From contig CAVHPJ010000010.1 of NCBI GenBank assembly GCA_963638085.1, forward strand, positions 1,805 through 65,804: a stretch of DNA of 64,000 bases. The letters run 5' to 3'. A model generated the notes under the pieces. The model was not told the origin of the DNA. It made no database searches and worked only from the letters and a program-made list of their open reading frames with translations. This DNA comes from Butyricicoccaceae bacterium (GTDB lineage: Bacteria > Bacillota > Clostridia > Oscillospirales > Acutalibacteraceae). The position numbers were made by a program, and so were the translations under genes. This document shows, in pieces, positions 19,601-27,383 of the stretch. Numbering within the stretch: the stretch's first letter is position 1; the number at the start of each line of letters is the position of its first letter.

Positions 19601-20525
19601 GATAATTCTTTCCCGGCTTCATGCCGTCGGCGTCAAAGGAGAATACGTCGTCTTCACTTTTATATTCGTACAAAGGTCGATAAATACTGATCTCCGCCTT
19701 TGGTTTTACAGACTGAATAGAAGCAATTAAATCAGAAACAGTTATGTCCTTTTCTGATTCTAAAGCAGCGCCAAGGGCACAATAACAATCGCTGGATGAA
19801 CTACAGATTACCTCTTCCTCTGTTAAGGAAAGTAGTTCTTTTAATGCTTTTACTACGCCGGTATTCTTCATGACGCCGCCGACAAAAATAACCGGCTTTT
19901 GAATTTCCCGACCTCTTAAAACGTTAGACTTAAAGTTACGTACCAAAGCATAACAAAGTCCATTTAAAAGATCTGCAGTGCCAACTCCCTCTTGCATCTT
20001 ATGAATGATGTCTGTTTTTGAGAATACACTGCATCGCCCGGCAATATGCGGAACAGAAGTTGCCGTACTGATTAAATCAGAAATTTCTTCCAGTTGTACG
20101 CCGATACGACCGGCTTGCTCTTCAAAGAAGGAACCGGTTCCTGCGGAACAGTTGTTGTTTTTATAAATTTTTGGTTCTTTCTCTTCTTGAAGCTCAATAT
20201 AATAAGTATTTTGTGCGCCAAGGCAAACAATACTTTTTCCTTCTGGGTATAACTTCGTTGCACCATGAATAATGGCAAGTACTTCATTGGAATGATAGGT
20301 TTCATCCAAGCCAGTCAATCCACACATGCTACCGCACGTTCCAATTTGTATTTTTTCCTTTTCTTTCAGTAATTTTTGATCCGTTAATTCTTGAAAGAAA
20401 CTAAGTAAGGCAGATTGCACCTTACTATGATGTAGTTTGCTACATTCATATAATACGTTCTCTTCCCCATCTATTACGACAAGTTGACAAGAGCTGGCAC
20501 CAATATCAATTCCAATCCGTTTCAT
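16695..20525 (-). CDS. Fused double BcrAD/BadFG (HgdC-type) ATPase activase plus DUF2229/HgdB-like domains (acyl-CoA dehydratase activase-related protein)
   Basis: Two tandem activase domains (aa 1-~255 and ~308-~565) begin GIDIGASS / GIDIGSTS. Each keeps the cluster-ligand contexts: NCSAGTG and GRCSVF in copy 1, ICAAGTG and SRCTVF in copy 2. The remaining ~700 aa include ITNHGCGPDS. Confidence 0.85.
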   Translation of the reverse strand: MKRIGIDIGASSCQLVVIDGEENVLYECSKLHHSKVQSALLSFFQELTDQKLLKEKEKIQIGTCGSMCGLTGLDETYHSNEVLAIIHGATKLYPEGKSIVCLGAQNTYYIELQEEKEPKIYKNNNCSAGTGSFFEEQAGRIGVQLEEISDLISTATSVPHIAGRCSVFSKTDIIHKMQEGVGTADLLNGLCYALVRNFKSNVLRGREIQKPVIFVGGVMKNTGVVKALKELLSLTEEEVICSSSSDCYCALGAALESEKDITVSDLIASIQSVKPKAEISIYRPLYEYKSEDDVFSFDADGMKPGKNYLGIDIGSTSINLVLIGEDDRMQYYTYIKNTGNPLKLVRAEIEKMKAEMPEDCSIEGIAVTGSGREYIARELGASITINEITAQTEGALLSHPETDTVFEIGGQDSKYMSVRNGHMDDFEMNKICAAGTGAFLEEQIKKLGIGLSEFSELALQSENPCELGSRCTVFIESGITKAIADERSMPDICAGIALSIVENYLHRVVNQKPVGNHIALQGGIAYNQAVVCAFRQLTGKEVVISEHFSVTGALGAAHLCRTGNFLHFNKEKNRSMNKFVVDETEASYMKKYHPEPGSGKKVVGIPRALFLHIAFPLFCSMFKNLGFDVLISPLTDKHIVELSQEYTKEEVCYPIKLLNGHVAWLLEQGVDYVLMPRVYTVLINKDGARRNYGCMYFQTSSLILEETFHFKEKGVTLLQPELSLEFGMKYNLKNILQIGPDVGKSKPELMAAMALAMKDMGAHLARLGQLGNIALSDDEPTFVLITRPYNLYDPVLNMGIQEQLDKLGCRVIHLEHLDARKLVTLPEEYRDMCWPFGQHIMSGINCTMGKKNLYPIYITNHGCGPDSTIQHCVKQEMEGREYLHLEVDEHSSPIGIITRIEAFLYTLRGQNNEEAVYPVKTPHAGLQHVAIIPELGVYTEFLKDAVLTQFGSPLDVKIAGPMQHHKPINYAINNEYYTLQVLLEEMLGAVEKGKMNDIYFPMNEGAETFNMYAHLIADELKRRGYFVDLHAFYLEDLIDFKNSDQLYQNLIRQDLISAIPEEERETLLLQVKLKPGSKEYLQELATLVNAAHKNQRNRKLFVIGESLCIYKKYIAEENFQAFGDGNLFIPTPLSEAFLMNALDINANSSRKQKRDYRGWVKLHEAVANCMPDSDLFTPMEQLMAVADEKIPFMAGGYARYRFAKTLCMHKKNTDGMITLNSSDENTAIILRLLMESKENAVEVPSIRGSVDFEHHITEEEAEPFLHAVDAVRQKGV

Positions 20526-20555
20526 TTTCTGTCTCCTAAAGAAATTTTGCTTATG

Positions 20556-20585
20556 GTTAGCTTTAGCTAATTAGCTTCGGCTAAC
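20556..20585. promoter_or_regulatory. Nested 30-bp palindrome in the leader of the activase gene (operator-like)
   Basis: GTTAGC-TTT-AGCTAATTAGCT-TCG-GCTAAC, located between the predicted -10 and the RBS. Confidence 0.45.
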
Positions 20586-20591
20586 TCTGCA

Positions 20592-20620
20592 AGTGTAACA
20601 TCTTCTGTTTTTTTAGTCAA
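20592..20620 (-). promoter_or_regulatory. Sigma-A type promoter for the activase-cupin unit
   Basis: On the minus strand: TTGACT (20620-20615), 17-nt spacer, TACACT (20597-20592). It lies downstream of the dagK terminator. Confidence 0.5.
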
Positions 20621-20659
20621 GAAATGACAAAAGAATAACCGATTGTTGTATTTCTTTCA

Positions 20660-20694
20660 GAAAAAAAGAGAACCTGCAGATTAGCAGGTTCCCT
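20660..20694 (-). terminator. Rho-independent terminator after the lipid kinase gene
   Basis: On the minus strand: GGGAACCUGC-UAAUCU-GCAGGUUCUC followed by UUUUUUU. Confidence 0.85.
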
Positions 20695-20707
20695 TTTACC
20701 AAACATT

Positions 20708-21775
20708 TTATTTTCTGTAAGATCTGTTGAAGATGATGTTGTACGGATCATACTTAGTAAGCAGTGTCTTCCACGGCTCTTTATGCAGGAACGGCTTTTT
20801 GATTTCAAAGTCCAGAATACCGTTTTTGCGGTCTTCCAGATAAGTGGAAGTGGATGGAATAACAAAGCGGTATTCGTCATCCAAAATTTCAATGGTACAA
20901 CCATCTACCCGCTGGCATTCCCCGTCTACATTAATGGCGCGCTTCTGCGGCTTTTTGCGGTTATCTTCAATGGTCAGTTTCTTACCACGCAGCACTTCTA
21001 CATAGGGGCGCTTCCAGTGGTCTCCTTTGACCTGCCAGTTCAACATGGCAACCTTGAAAAGTACCGGCCATGAAGTAACACGGCGAAAAGCAACTACATC
21101 CAGAAGATGGTCTTCCGGATCTGCCCAAGGTGCAACCTTGATGCCGGAGCCATACCAACGAGAGTTACAGCCAACAACAAAGCAGAACGGGCCTTCAATC
21201 TTCTGACCGTCCAGGGTTACATCAAAATCAAACTTGGTACGGGTAATAGCACAGGCAAGACCTGCCAGCATATACGTAATGTGTCCTACCGCACCAGGAA
21301 CCGATTTCATTTTTCCCTGTTCCAAGCAAGCTTCTGCGTCAAAGCCCATGGAGGTCTGGTTAATAGCATATTCTACGCCGTTTTCGTGGGTGATCTTTAA
21401 TCCGTCTACAGTCACCACTGTTCCATTAATCAGATCTTCCACCTGCAGGAATTGATCTGCAGTACCAAATAAACGAAGGAAGTCATTTCCGGATCCCTTC
21501 GGTACTACTGTAATTTCCGCATTTGGGAAGCCTACAGCGCCGTTGCACACTTCATAGAGGGTTCCGTCTCCCCCTACAGCGTAGAAGCGAACCGGTTCTC
21601 CAGCGGCTTCTGCAGCCTTTTCCTTGACGAACCGGGTTCCGTCTCCGGCGCAGGTGGTGTTGTAAATTTCGTAGTCAACACCAGTTTTCTGCACGGCCGG
21701 AAGGATGTAGTCATTGACAACATCATACGGGATGTTCTTTCCGGAAACCGGATTCACCACAAAGTAATGTTTCAT
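20708..21775 (-). CDS. Diacylglycerol/lipid kinase family protein (YegS/DagK-like)
   Basis: VNPVSGK start and AVGGDGTLYEV catalytic-domain motif. AAGGAG RBS lies 8 nt upstream. The C-terminus is longer than in typical members. Confidence 0.8.
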   Translation of the reverse strand: MKHYFVVNPVSGKNIPYDVVNDYILPAVQKTGVDYEIYNTTCAGDGTRFVKEKAAEAAGEPVRFYAVGGDGTLYEVCNGAVGFPNAEITVVPKGSGNDFLRLFGTADQFLQVEDLINGTVVTVDGLKITHENGVEYAINQTSMGFDAEACLEQGKMKSVPGAVGHITYMLAGLACAITRTKFDFDVTLDGQKIEGPFCFVVGCNSRWYGSGIKVAPWADPEDHLLDVVAFRRVTSWPVLFKVAMLNWQVKGDHWKRPYVEVLRGKKLTIEDNRKKPQKRAINVDGECQRVDGCTIEILDDEYRFVIPSTSTYLEDRKNGILDFEIKKPFLHKEPWKTLLTKYDPYNIIFNRSYRK

Positions 21776-21798
21776 AACACGTACTCCTTTTTATTTGC

Positions 21799-22914
21799 TT
21801 ATTTAAAATACATATAATACTGACACTTAATCATGCCGTTATATAATTTCCTCCGTTTATCCGCTTTTCGTCCGAACAGTTGTTCAAAGTCTTCCGCAGG
21901 GCTAATGATGTTGTAGGCCCATCCGCGTTCCCGCGGGAACTTTTCCCCTAACACCTGATACAGGCGATTTGCTTCTTCTAATTCTAATAAGCGTTCTCCG
22001 TACGGCGGGTTAACAATGACTGTCCCCCGATCGGACTTGCGCTGAAATTCCGAAATGTCTTTTACTTCAAAGGTAATCCGCTTGTCTACACCGGCGCGGC
22101 GTGCATTTTCTTTGGCAATTTCCACTGCGGCCGGGTCAACATCTGAGCCAAAAGCCTGGAAACTGCAATCAAAGTCTACTAAATCTGCTGCACGCGTCCG
22201 CTCTTCGGCCCAAACCTCCGGCGCAATCTGCGGGAAGGTTTCTGCCGCAAAGCGTCTGTGGATGCCGGGCGCCATTTTCAGGGCCTGCATGGCCCCTTCA
22301 ATTAAAATGGTGCCGGATCCACACATGGGATCATACAAGGTGTGATACGGCCGCAGTCTTGCCAAATTGCAAAGGGACGCCGCCAGGGTTTCCTTCATGG
22401 GGGCTCCGTTTGCCTGCAAACGGTATCCCCGCTTGTGTAACCCAGTTCCAGTGGTGTCAATTAACAGGCAGACTACGTCCTTCATAATAGAAAACTGAAT
22501 TTGATATTTTGTACCGGATTCTTCAAACCAGTTTAATTGATATTTACTTTTTAAGCGTTCTACTACTGCTTTCTTAATAATGGATTGACAGTCAGAAACA
22601 GAAAACAGCTTTGAGTTTAAGGAATATCCCTTCACAGGGAAAGCATCCTGCTTTCCAATCCAGAGCTCCCAGGGAAGTGCTTTTGTCCCCTGAAACAGTT
22701 CTTCAAAGCTTCTGGCTTCAAAGGTGCCAACCAAAATTTGAATCCGTTCTGCGTAACGGCAGCAAAGATTGGCTCTGGCTAAAATATGTTCATCTCCGGA
22801 AAAGAGAACCCGTGCATTTTCTGCCTGGACATCCTCTGCTCCCAGTTCTTTTAATTCATTTGCTATTAACGATTCCAAACCAATTAGGCATGGAACAACA
22901 AAATTCATATACAT
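21799..22914 (-). CDS. THUMP-domain class I SAM-dependent RNA methyltransferase (RlmL/YpsC-like)
   Basis: N-terminal THUMP-like region, DPMCGSGT SAM motif and the NPPYGERL catalytic motif. The start (22914 versus 22908) is uncertain. Confidence 0.8.
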   Translation of the reverse strand: MYMNFVVPCLIGLESLIANELKELGAEDVQAENARVLFSGDEHILARANLCCRYAERIQILVGTFEARSFEELFQGTKALPWELWIGKQDAFPVKGYSLNSKLFSVSDCQSIIKKAVVERLKSKYQLNWFEESGTKYQIQFSIMKDVVCLLIDTTGTGLHKRGYRLQANGAPMKETLAASLCNLARLRPYHTLYDPMCGSGTILIEGAMQALKMAPGIHRRFAAETFPQIAPEVWAEERTRAADLVDFDCSFQAFGSDVDPAAVEIAKENARRAGVDKRITFEVKDISEFQRKSDRGTVIVNPPYGERLLELEEANRLYQVLGEKFPRERGWAYNIISPAEDFEQLFGRKADKRRKLYNGMIKCQYYMYFK

Positions 22915-22950
22915 TTATAGTTAACTACCTTTACAAACTTTTCAATTTAC

Positions 22951-22980
22951 AAAAAGAAACCGCCAGGATCCCCTGACGGC
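22951..22980 (-). terminator. Rho-independent terminator after the fumarate hydratase alpha gene
   Basis: On the minus strand: CCGUCAGG-GGAU-CCUGGCGG followed by UUUCUUUUUG. Confidence 0.7.
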
Positions 22981-23084
22981 TTGAATTGGGCATACCTAAT
23001 ATGTAGAAATTATACAAATTTTTTTAGATTCAGTCAACTGAACCGTAAAAATTGCTTGCTATCTTTCTAACAAAGCTACCGGTG

Positions 23085-23933
23085 TTACAGTACGCCGCTT
23101 GCGTGCCGCGTTACGTGACATCCGACATTAACGGATACCGGCAAACCGGCAATATGCGTTCCACTGTATTCAATATTGACAGCAAGACAAGTGGTCTTTC
23201 CGCCAAAGCCCTGTGGTCCAATACCGGTTTGATTAATTTCTTCCAGCAAATCGGCTTCCAAATCTGCATAAAACGGATTGGCATTTCGCTGTTCTACCGG
23301 ACGACACAGTGCTTTCTTTGCCAGATAGGCACAGTATTCAAAGTCTCCTCCGATGCCGATGCCCAGCACCATAGGTGGACAGGGATTGGAGCCGGCCTGA
23401 CGAACCACGTCTAAAATATATCCTTTAATATCATCCAGGCTTGCAGCCGGGGTAAACATCTTTAGCTGGGACATATTTTCTGAGCCAAAGCCTTTCGGCG
23501 CAACAGTAATTTTAATCTGATTTCCTTCTACCATTTGCAGATGCAGAATTGCCGGCGTATTGTCATTGGTATTGACGCGGTTTAACGGATCTGCCACAAC
23601 CGATTTCCGAAGGAAGCCTTCTTCATATCCTTTGGCAACGCCGGCATTAATGGCGTCTCCAATCAGGCCGCCTTCCACGTGGACATCGGCACCCAGTTCA
23701 ACAAAAACCACCGCCATACCAGTGTCCTGACAAATAGGAATATCCAATTCCTTGGCTGCGTCTAAGTTCTTTACCAGATCCTGCATGATAGACGCAGGCA
23801 GCTCAGCTGTTTCCTGCTGGCATCCTTCTGTAATACAAGTAACTAAATCAGCAGGAAGAACCTTGTTAGCACGAATGCAAAGCGCTGCCGTCAGATCAAC
23901 AATTTCCTGAAATGGAATAGAACGAATACTCAT
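23085..23933 (-). CDS. Fe-S type (class I) fumarate/tartrate hydro-lyase, alpha subunit only
   Basis: 282 aa with motifs typical of the FumA N-terminal/TtdA domain (CQDTGM, GGKTTCLAV, CHVTRH). Confidence 0.8.
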   Translation of the reverse strand: MSIRSIPFQEIVDLTAALCIRANKVLPADLVTCITEGCQQETAELPASIMQDLVKNLDAAKELDIPICQDTGMAVVFVELGADVHVEGGLIGDAINAGVAKGYEEGFLRKSVVADPLNRVNTNDNTPAILHLQMVEGNQIKITVAPKGFGSENMSQLKMFTPAASLDDIKGYILDVVRQAGSNPCPPMVLGIGIGGDFEYCAYLAKKALCRPVEQRNANPFYADLEADLLEEINQTGIGPQGFGGKTTCLAVNIEYSGTHIAGLPVSVNVGCHVTRHASGVL

Positions 23934-23944
23934 GTTACTTTCCC

Positions 23945-24442
23945 TTAATATCTTTTGTTTCCGCCACGACGGCTGTATCCGCCATGCTTGGATTCGGTTG
24001 CATGTTTATAATCTGCCATTTTGGAGTCCGAATCTACTTTAAATTTAGCCATCATTTCTTCAAAGGTCATTTCGGAAACCGGTTTGGTTTCTTTCTTCTG
24101 ACCCTGCCATACATTGGGCTTAGGACGAGGTTTTCTTTCCCGTTGTTCTGTATGACCTTCCCCTTTGGCAGCAGCCTGATGTTCTTTGGCGTCCATCAGT
24201 TCCTGATTACCTTCCACCTGCTTTAATGAAAGGCTGATTTTTCCGGCATTATCAATGCCGATTACTTTTACGTTGACTTCCTGCCCTTTTTCCAAAAAGT
24301 CCGCAATATCCTTTACAAAGTGATTGGACACTTCGGAAATATGGACCAGGCCCACTTTGTCATTCTCCAGATTGACAAAGGCGCCAAACTTGGTCAGCCC
24401 CGTAACTTTTCCTTTTACAATTGCTCCTACTTCCAAGGCCAT
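23945..24442 (-). CDS. S1 RNA-binding domain protein (YabR-like)
   Basis: N-terminal S1 fold (GAIVKGKVTGLTKFGAFVNLE..GLVHISEV) with a basic C-terminal tail. Confidence 0.85.
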   Translation of the reverse strand: MALEVGAIVKGKVTGLTKFGAFVNLENDKVGLVHISEVSNHFVKDIADFLEKGQEVNVKVIGIDNAGKISLSLKQVEGNQELMDAKEHQAAAKGEGHTEQRERKPRPKPNVWQGQKKETKPVSEMTFEEMMAKFKVDSDSKMADYKHATESKHGGYSRRGGNKRY

Positions 24443-24478
24443 GCAAAAAATTTCCTTCCCCTATGTAGTTTCTTTATT

Positions 24479-24784
24479 TTATTCTCCTGCGCCGGATCCG
24501 GTGTCATAATAAACACTTTCTCCGGGAAGAACATAGCCTAATACATCCCGCGCAACGCGTTCCATATAAGATTCATTATCTTCGTTTTCTTTCAGATCCT
24601 TCAGGTCTTCATTCTGTCCTGAAACTTCTTCCAGTTGTGTTTGCGCTTCCGCCAGTTCCTGTTTTTTCTCTTTGATATCCAGTTGTACAGACACTAAAGA
24701 GATAAGGAAATAGCCGATTAGGGCCACCAGGGCAAGCGTCAAAATAAAGCTGAAGCGTCTTTGTTTTTCCCTTTTTGTAGCCAA
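24479..24784 (-). CDS. divIC: Septum formation initiator (FtsB/DivIC family)
   Basis: Single TM, a coiled coil (KEKKQELAEAQTQLEE) and the C-terminal YMERVARDVLGYVLPGE motif. Probable TTG start. Confidence 0.7.
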   Translation of the reverse strand: MATKREKQRRFSFILTLALVALIGYFLISLVSVQLDIKEKKQELAEAQTQLEEVSGQNEDLKDLKENEDNESYMERVARDVLGYVLPGESVYYDTGSGAGE

Positions 24785-24878
24785 AACAACCGCCTTTCTT
24801 CCCCTTTATCCGGCAGATTTTCAAGTAAAAAAATTATACAATATCTTTTTCCCGGATTGCAAGCAAACATGCTGTTTT

Positions 24879-25127
24879 TTAAGAATCTGACAGCATTTCA
24901 TACAGGTCTCCTGCCGTTTCCTTGGTGGCGTATTCGGACACCGTCCGTACCCGAGCCTTCAGGATCCGGTTTCCCATATGAATTTCAATGACGTCCCCTT
25001 CCTTTACGTCATAGGACGCTCTGGCAACTTTGTCGTTGACCAAAACGTGTTTGGCGTCACAAAGCTCATTGGCAACTGTCCGACGTTTTACCAGGCGAGA
25101 CACTTTTAAATATTTATCCAGTCTCAT
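24879..25127 (-). CDS. S4-domain RNA-binding protein (YabO/Hsp15-like)
   Basis: MRLDKYLKVSRLVKRRTVA...V.VN matches the S4 domain. TAGGAG RBS. Confidence 0.85.
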   Translation of the reverse strand: MRLDKYLKVSRLVKRRTVANELCDAKHVLVNDKVARASYDVKEGDVIEIHMGNRILKARVRTVSEYATKETAGDLYEMLSDS

Positions 25128-25184
25128 GCTGACTCCTATCTTTCCTTTTTGTTTTTCTTTTGCGATTTAGCGGCATCTTGGTGC

Positions 25185-25216
25185 CAAGAAAAAAGAGGAG
25201 TGATTTTCACTCCTCC
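25185..25216 (-). terminator. Rho-independent terminator after hup
   Basis: On the minus strand: GAGGAGUG-AAAAU-CACUCCUC followed by UUUUUUCUU. Confidence 0.8.
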
Positions 25217-25238
25217 TCTTCGTATACTCAAAATCTGA

Positions 25239-25511
25239 TTATTTAACAGCGTCTTTGAGAGCTTTACCGGCTTTGAAAGCAGGAAGCTTGGATGCAGGTA
25301 CCTGCATTGGTTCACCGGTGCGTGGGTTGTGACCCTGCTTTGCAGCGCGATCACGTACTTCAAAAGTACCGAAACCAACAAGCTGAACCTTATCTCCGGC
25401 TTTCAGAGCGTCAGTGATGCCTTCGATAACAGCGGCAACTGCTTTTTCTGCGTCTTTCTTTGTGAAGCCGGTAGAAGCGGCTACAGCATTAACAAGATCA
25501 GTTTTATTCAT
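25239..25511 (-). CDS. hup: HU family DNA-binding protein
   Basis: [11 protein letters not shown]...[27 protein letters not shown] lies 8 nt before the ATG at 25511. The TTG extension in the ORF track is rejected. Confidence 0.95.
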   Translation of the reverse strand: MNKTDLVNAVAASTGFTKKDAEKAVAAVIEGITDALKAGDKVQLVGFGTFEVRDRAAKQGHNPRTGEPMQVPASKLPAFKAGKALKDAVK

Positions 25512-25583
25512 GTACTTGTCCTCCAAAAAAATAAATTTGTTTCAAACGATTATGAATAAAGTACAGATTACTTCATAAGCATT

Positions 25584-27371
25584 TTACTTTATCAGTCCTT
25601 GCTTTTCAAGTACTTTTGCGATTTTTTGGCCTTTTGGCAAACCCAGAACATCCTCTTTACTAAGGACCTTCAACAAAAGTACAAAGCCAACCCAGGAAAT
25701 AACGGCAACAATTGCAGCAATGATTGTTGCGTATGTAAATCCGGCATTTCTACCCTGTCCTGCACCTTCCGGGAACAGACCATAACAGATCTGATAGACG
25801 CCATAGCAAACAGCAGCAGCAAGAACTCCGGCAAATGCCGGTTTTAAGAAAGTATCTTTCCAGTTAATCTTTACCTGCGTTTCCTTTAACAGAGCATGCA
25901 GATTCTGTGCAATTACAATGACATAGAACAAGATGGTTCCAACCGGTGCTCCCTTCAGGTTGATGACCGGGATACTAACCAAGACATAGTTACAGGCAAT
26001 TTTGGCAATGGATGCCCAAATCAATGATTTCACCGGAACATCGGTCCGATTGACTGCCTGCAACATATTGGTAATGGGGGTGGAAATAGACAGCAACAAA
26101 GCAAAGATACCAAAGACCTGAACATACGGTGTGGTGATGCTGAGCGATGCTTCTGCTTTAGACCCAACGTAAAAGATTTTTAAGATAGGACCGGCCAGAA
26201 CAGCCATACAGAGTCCGGCTGGGACAGATAAAAGCGTTGCGGTTTTTAGAACCGTGGAAATGGAAGAGCGCATTTTGTCTTTATCCTGCAAAGCAAAGGC
26301 GCCGGAAAGAACCGGAATAGCGCTTAGCCCAAGCGTCATGATAACAGACGGAACCAGGTTGCGGAAGTCAAATGCAGTGGCATAAGAGCCATACAGGAAT
26401 GCGCCGATATCCTCTTTTAAGGTTCCTGACTGGGTAATGGCTGTGGCATACATGTTGTAAACAGTGTCAAAGTCTTTGTCCAGTGCGCTGTTCAGACGGT
26501 TATTAATGGTAGAAGAGTCAATTAAGTTGGTAATATTTAGAATTAAGGATGTGGTCATGACCGGAATGGCAAACTTAATAATATGCTTTGCCAAAGAGCG
26601 GTCTGATTCCTGTACCTCCGGTGCCTGCAATAGCATTTCTTTGCTAATGCCATCCCCAATTAGCCGATGTCTAATTTGCAAGTAGATCAGGCCTACTATC
26701 GTGCCTGCTGTAACACCAACTACGGCAGCAGCCGCCGTATACGGAGCCATAATACTTTCACATTCAGCAACGGATGCACAGGCCTGCCCCAAAACTTTTC
26801 CGGTAGCATAGTACTGTTCCGTACCGTAATTCATGACGGCAGAGGCAAGGAAAATTCCAATACCCATTTTGATTACTGCTTCAATAACCTGTGAATATCC
26901 GGTTGGCTTCATATTTCGTAAGCCTTCATAATACCCACGATAAGAGGACATCATGCAACAGAACAAAATGGCCGGTGCCAGCAAGAACAAACAGGGCAAT
27001 AGGTTTTCATAGTTCTTAACGTAAGACTCATACGGAATTGCCAGGCCGCACATCAAAAGGGTTCCAAAAATGCCAGTGGCAAAATAAAGCCGCCGTGCAA
27101 CCTTCCGTATTTGCCGCACGTCCTTGTAATGGCCCTGGGCAAAGTGCTCCGATACCAATTTAGAAACAGCTACCGGTAATCCTGCCATAGAAATGGCATA
27201 AAGCGGTGTGTACAGCTCATAGGTAACGTTAAAATAACCCCGGCCGACAGTCCCAATAATGGCTGTCAGCGGAATCTTATAGAACAAGTTAATTAAGTGG
27301 ACAATTACCGTAGTAATCATCAAAATGGCAGCGCCGCCCAACAAGGACTGTGTCTTTTTCTTTTCTTTCAC
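25584..27371 (-). CDS. MOP-superfamily polysaccharide/lipid-linked oligosaccharide flippase (SpoVB/YabM/MurJ-like)
   Basis: About 14 TM over 595 aa. GTG start with an AAGGAG RBS. Its position relative to the yabO-like, divIC and yabR-like genes mirrors B. subtilis yabM. Confidence 0.75.
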   Translation of the reverse strand: MKEKKKTQSLLGGAAILMITTVIVHLINLFYKIPLTAIIGTVGRGYFNVTYELYTPLYAISMAGLPVAVSKLVSEHFAQGHYKDVRQIRKVARRLYFATGIFGTLLMCGLAIPYESYVKNYENLLPCLFLLAPAILFCCMMSSYRGYYEGLRNMKPTGYSQVIEAVIKMGIGIFLASAVMNYGTEQYYATGKVLGQACASVAECESIMAPYTAAAAVVGVTAGTIVGLIYLQIRHRLIGDGISKEMLLQAPEVQESDRSLAKHIIKFAIPVMTTSLILNITNLIDSSTINNRLNSALDKDFDTVYNMYATAITQSGTLKEDIGAFLYGSYATAFDFRNLVPSVIMTLGLSAIPVLSGAFALQDKDKMRSSISTVLKTATLLSVPAGLCMAVLAGPILKIFYVGSKAEASLSITTPYVQVFGIFALLLSISTPITNMLQAVNRTDVPVKSLIWASIAKIACNYVLVSIPVINLKGAPVGTILFYVIVIAQNLHALLKETQVKINWKDTFLKPAFAGVLAAAVCYGVYQICYGLFPEGAGQGRNAGFTYATIIAAIVAVISWVGFVLLLKVLSKEDVLGLPKGQKIAKVLEKQGLIK

Positions 27372-27383
27372 GCTGAGCTCCTT

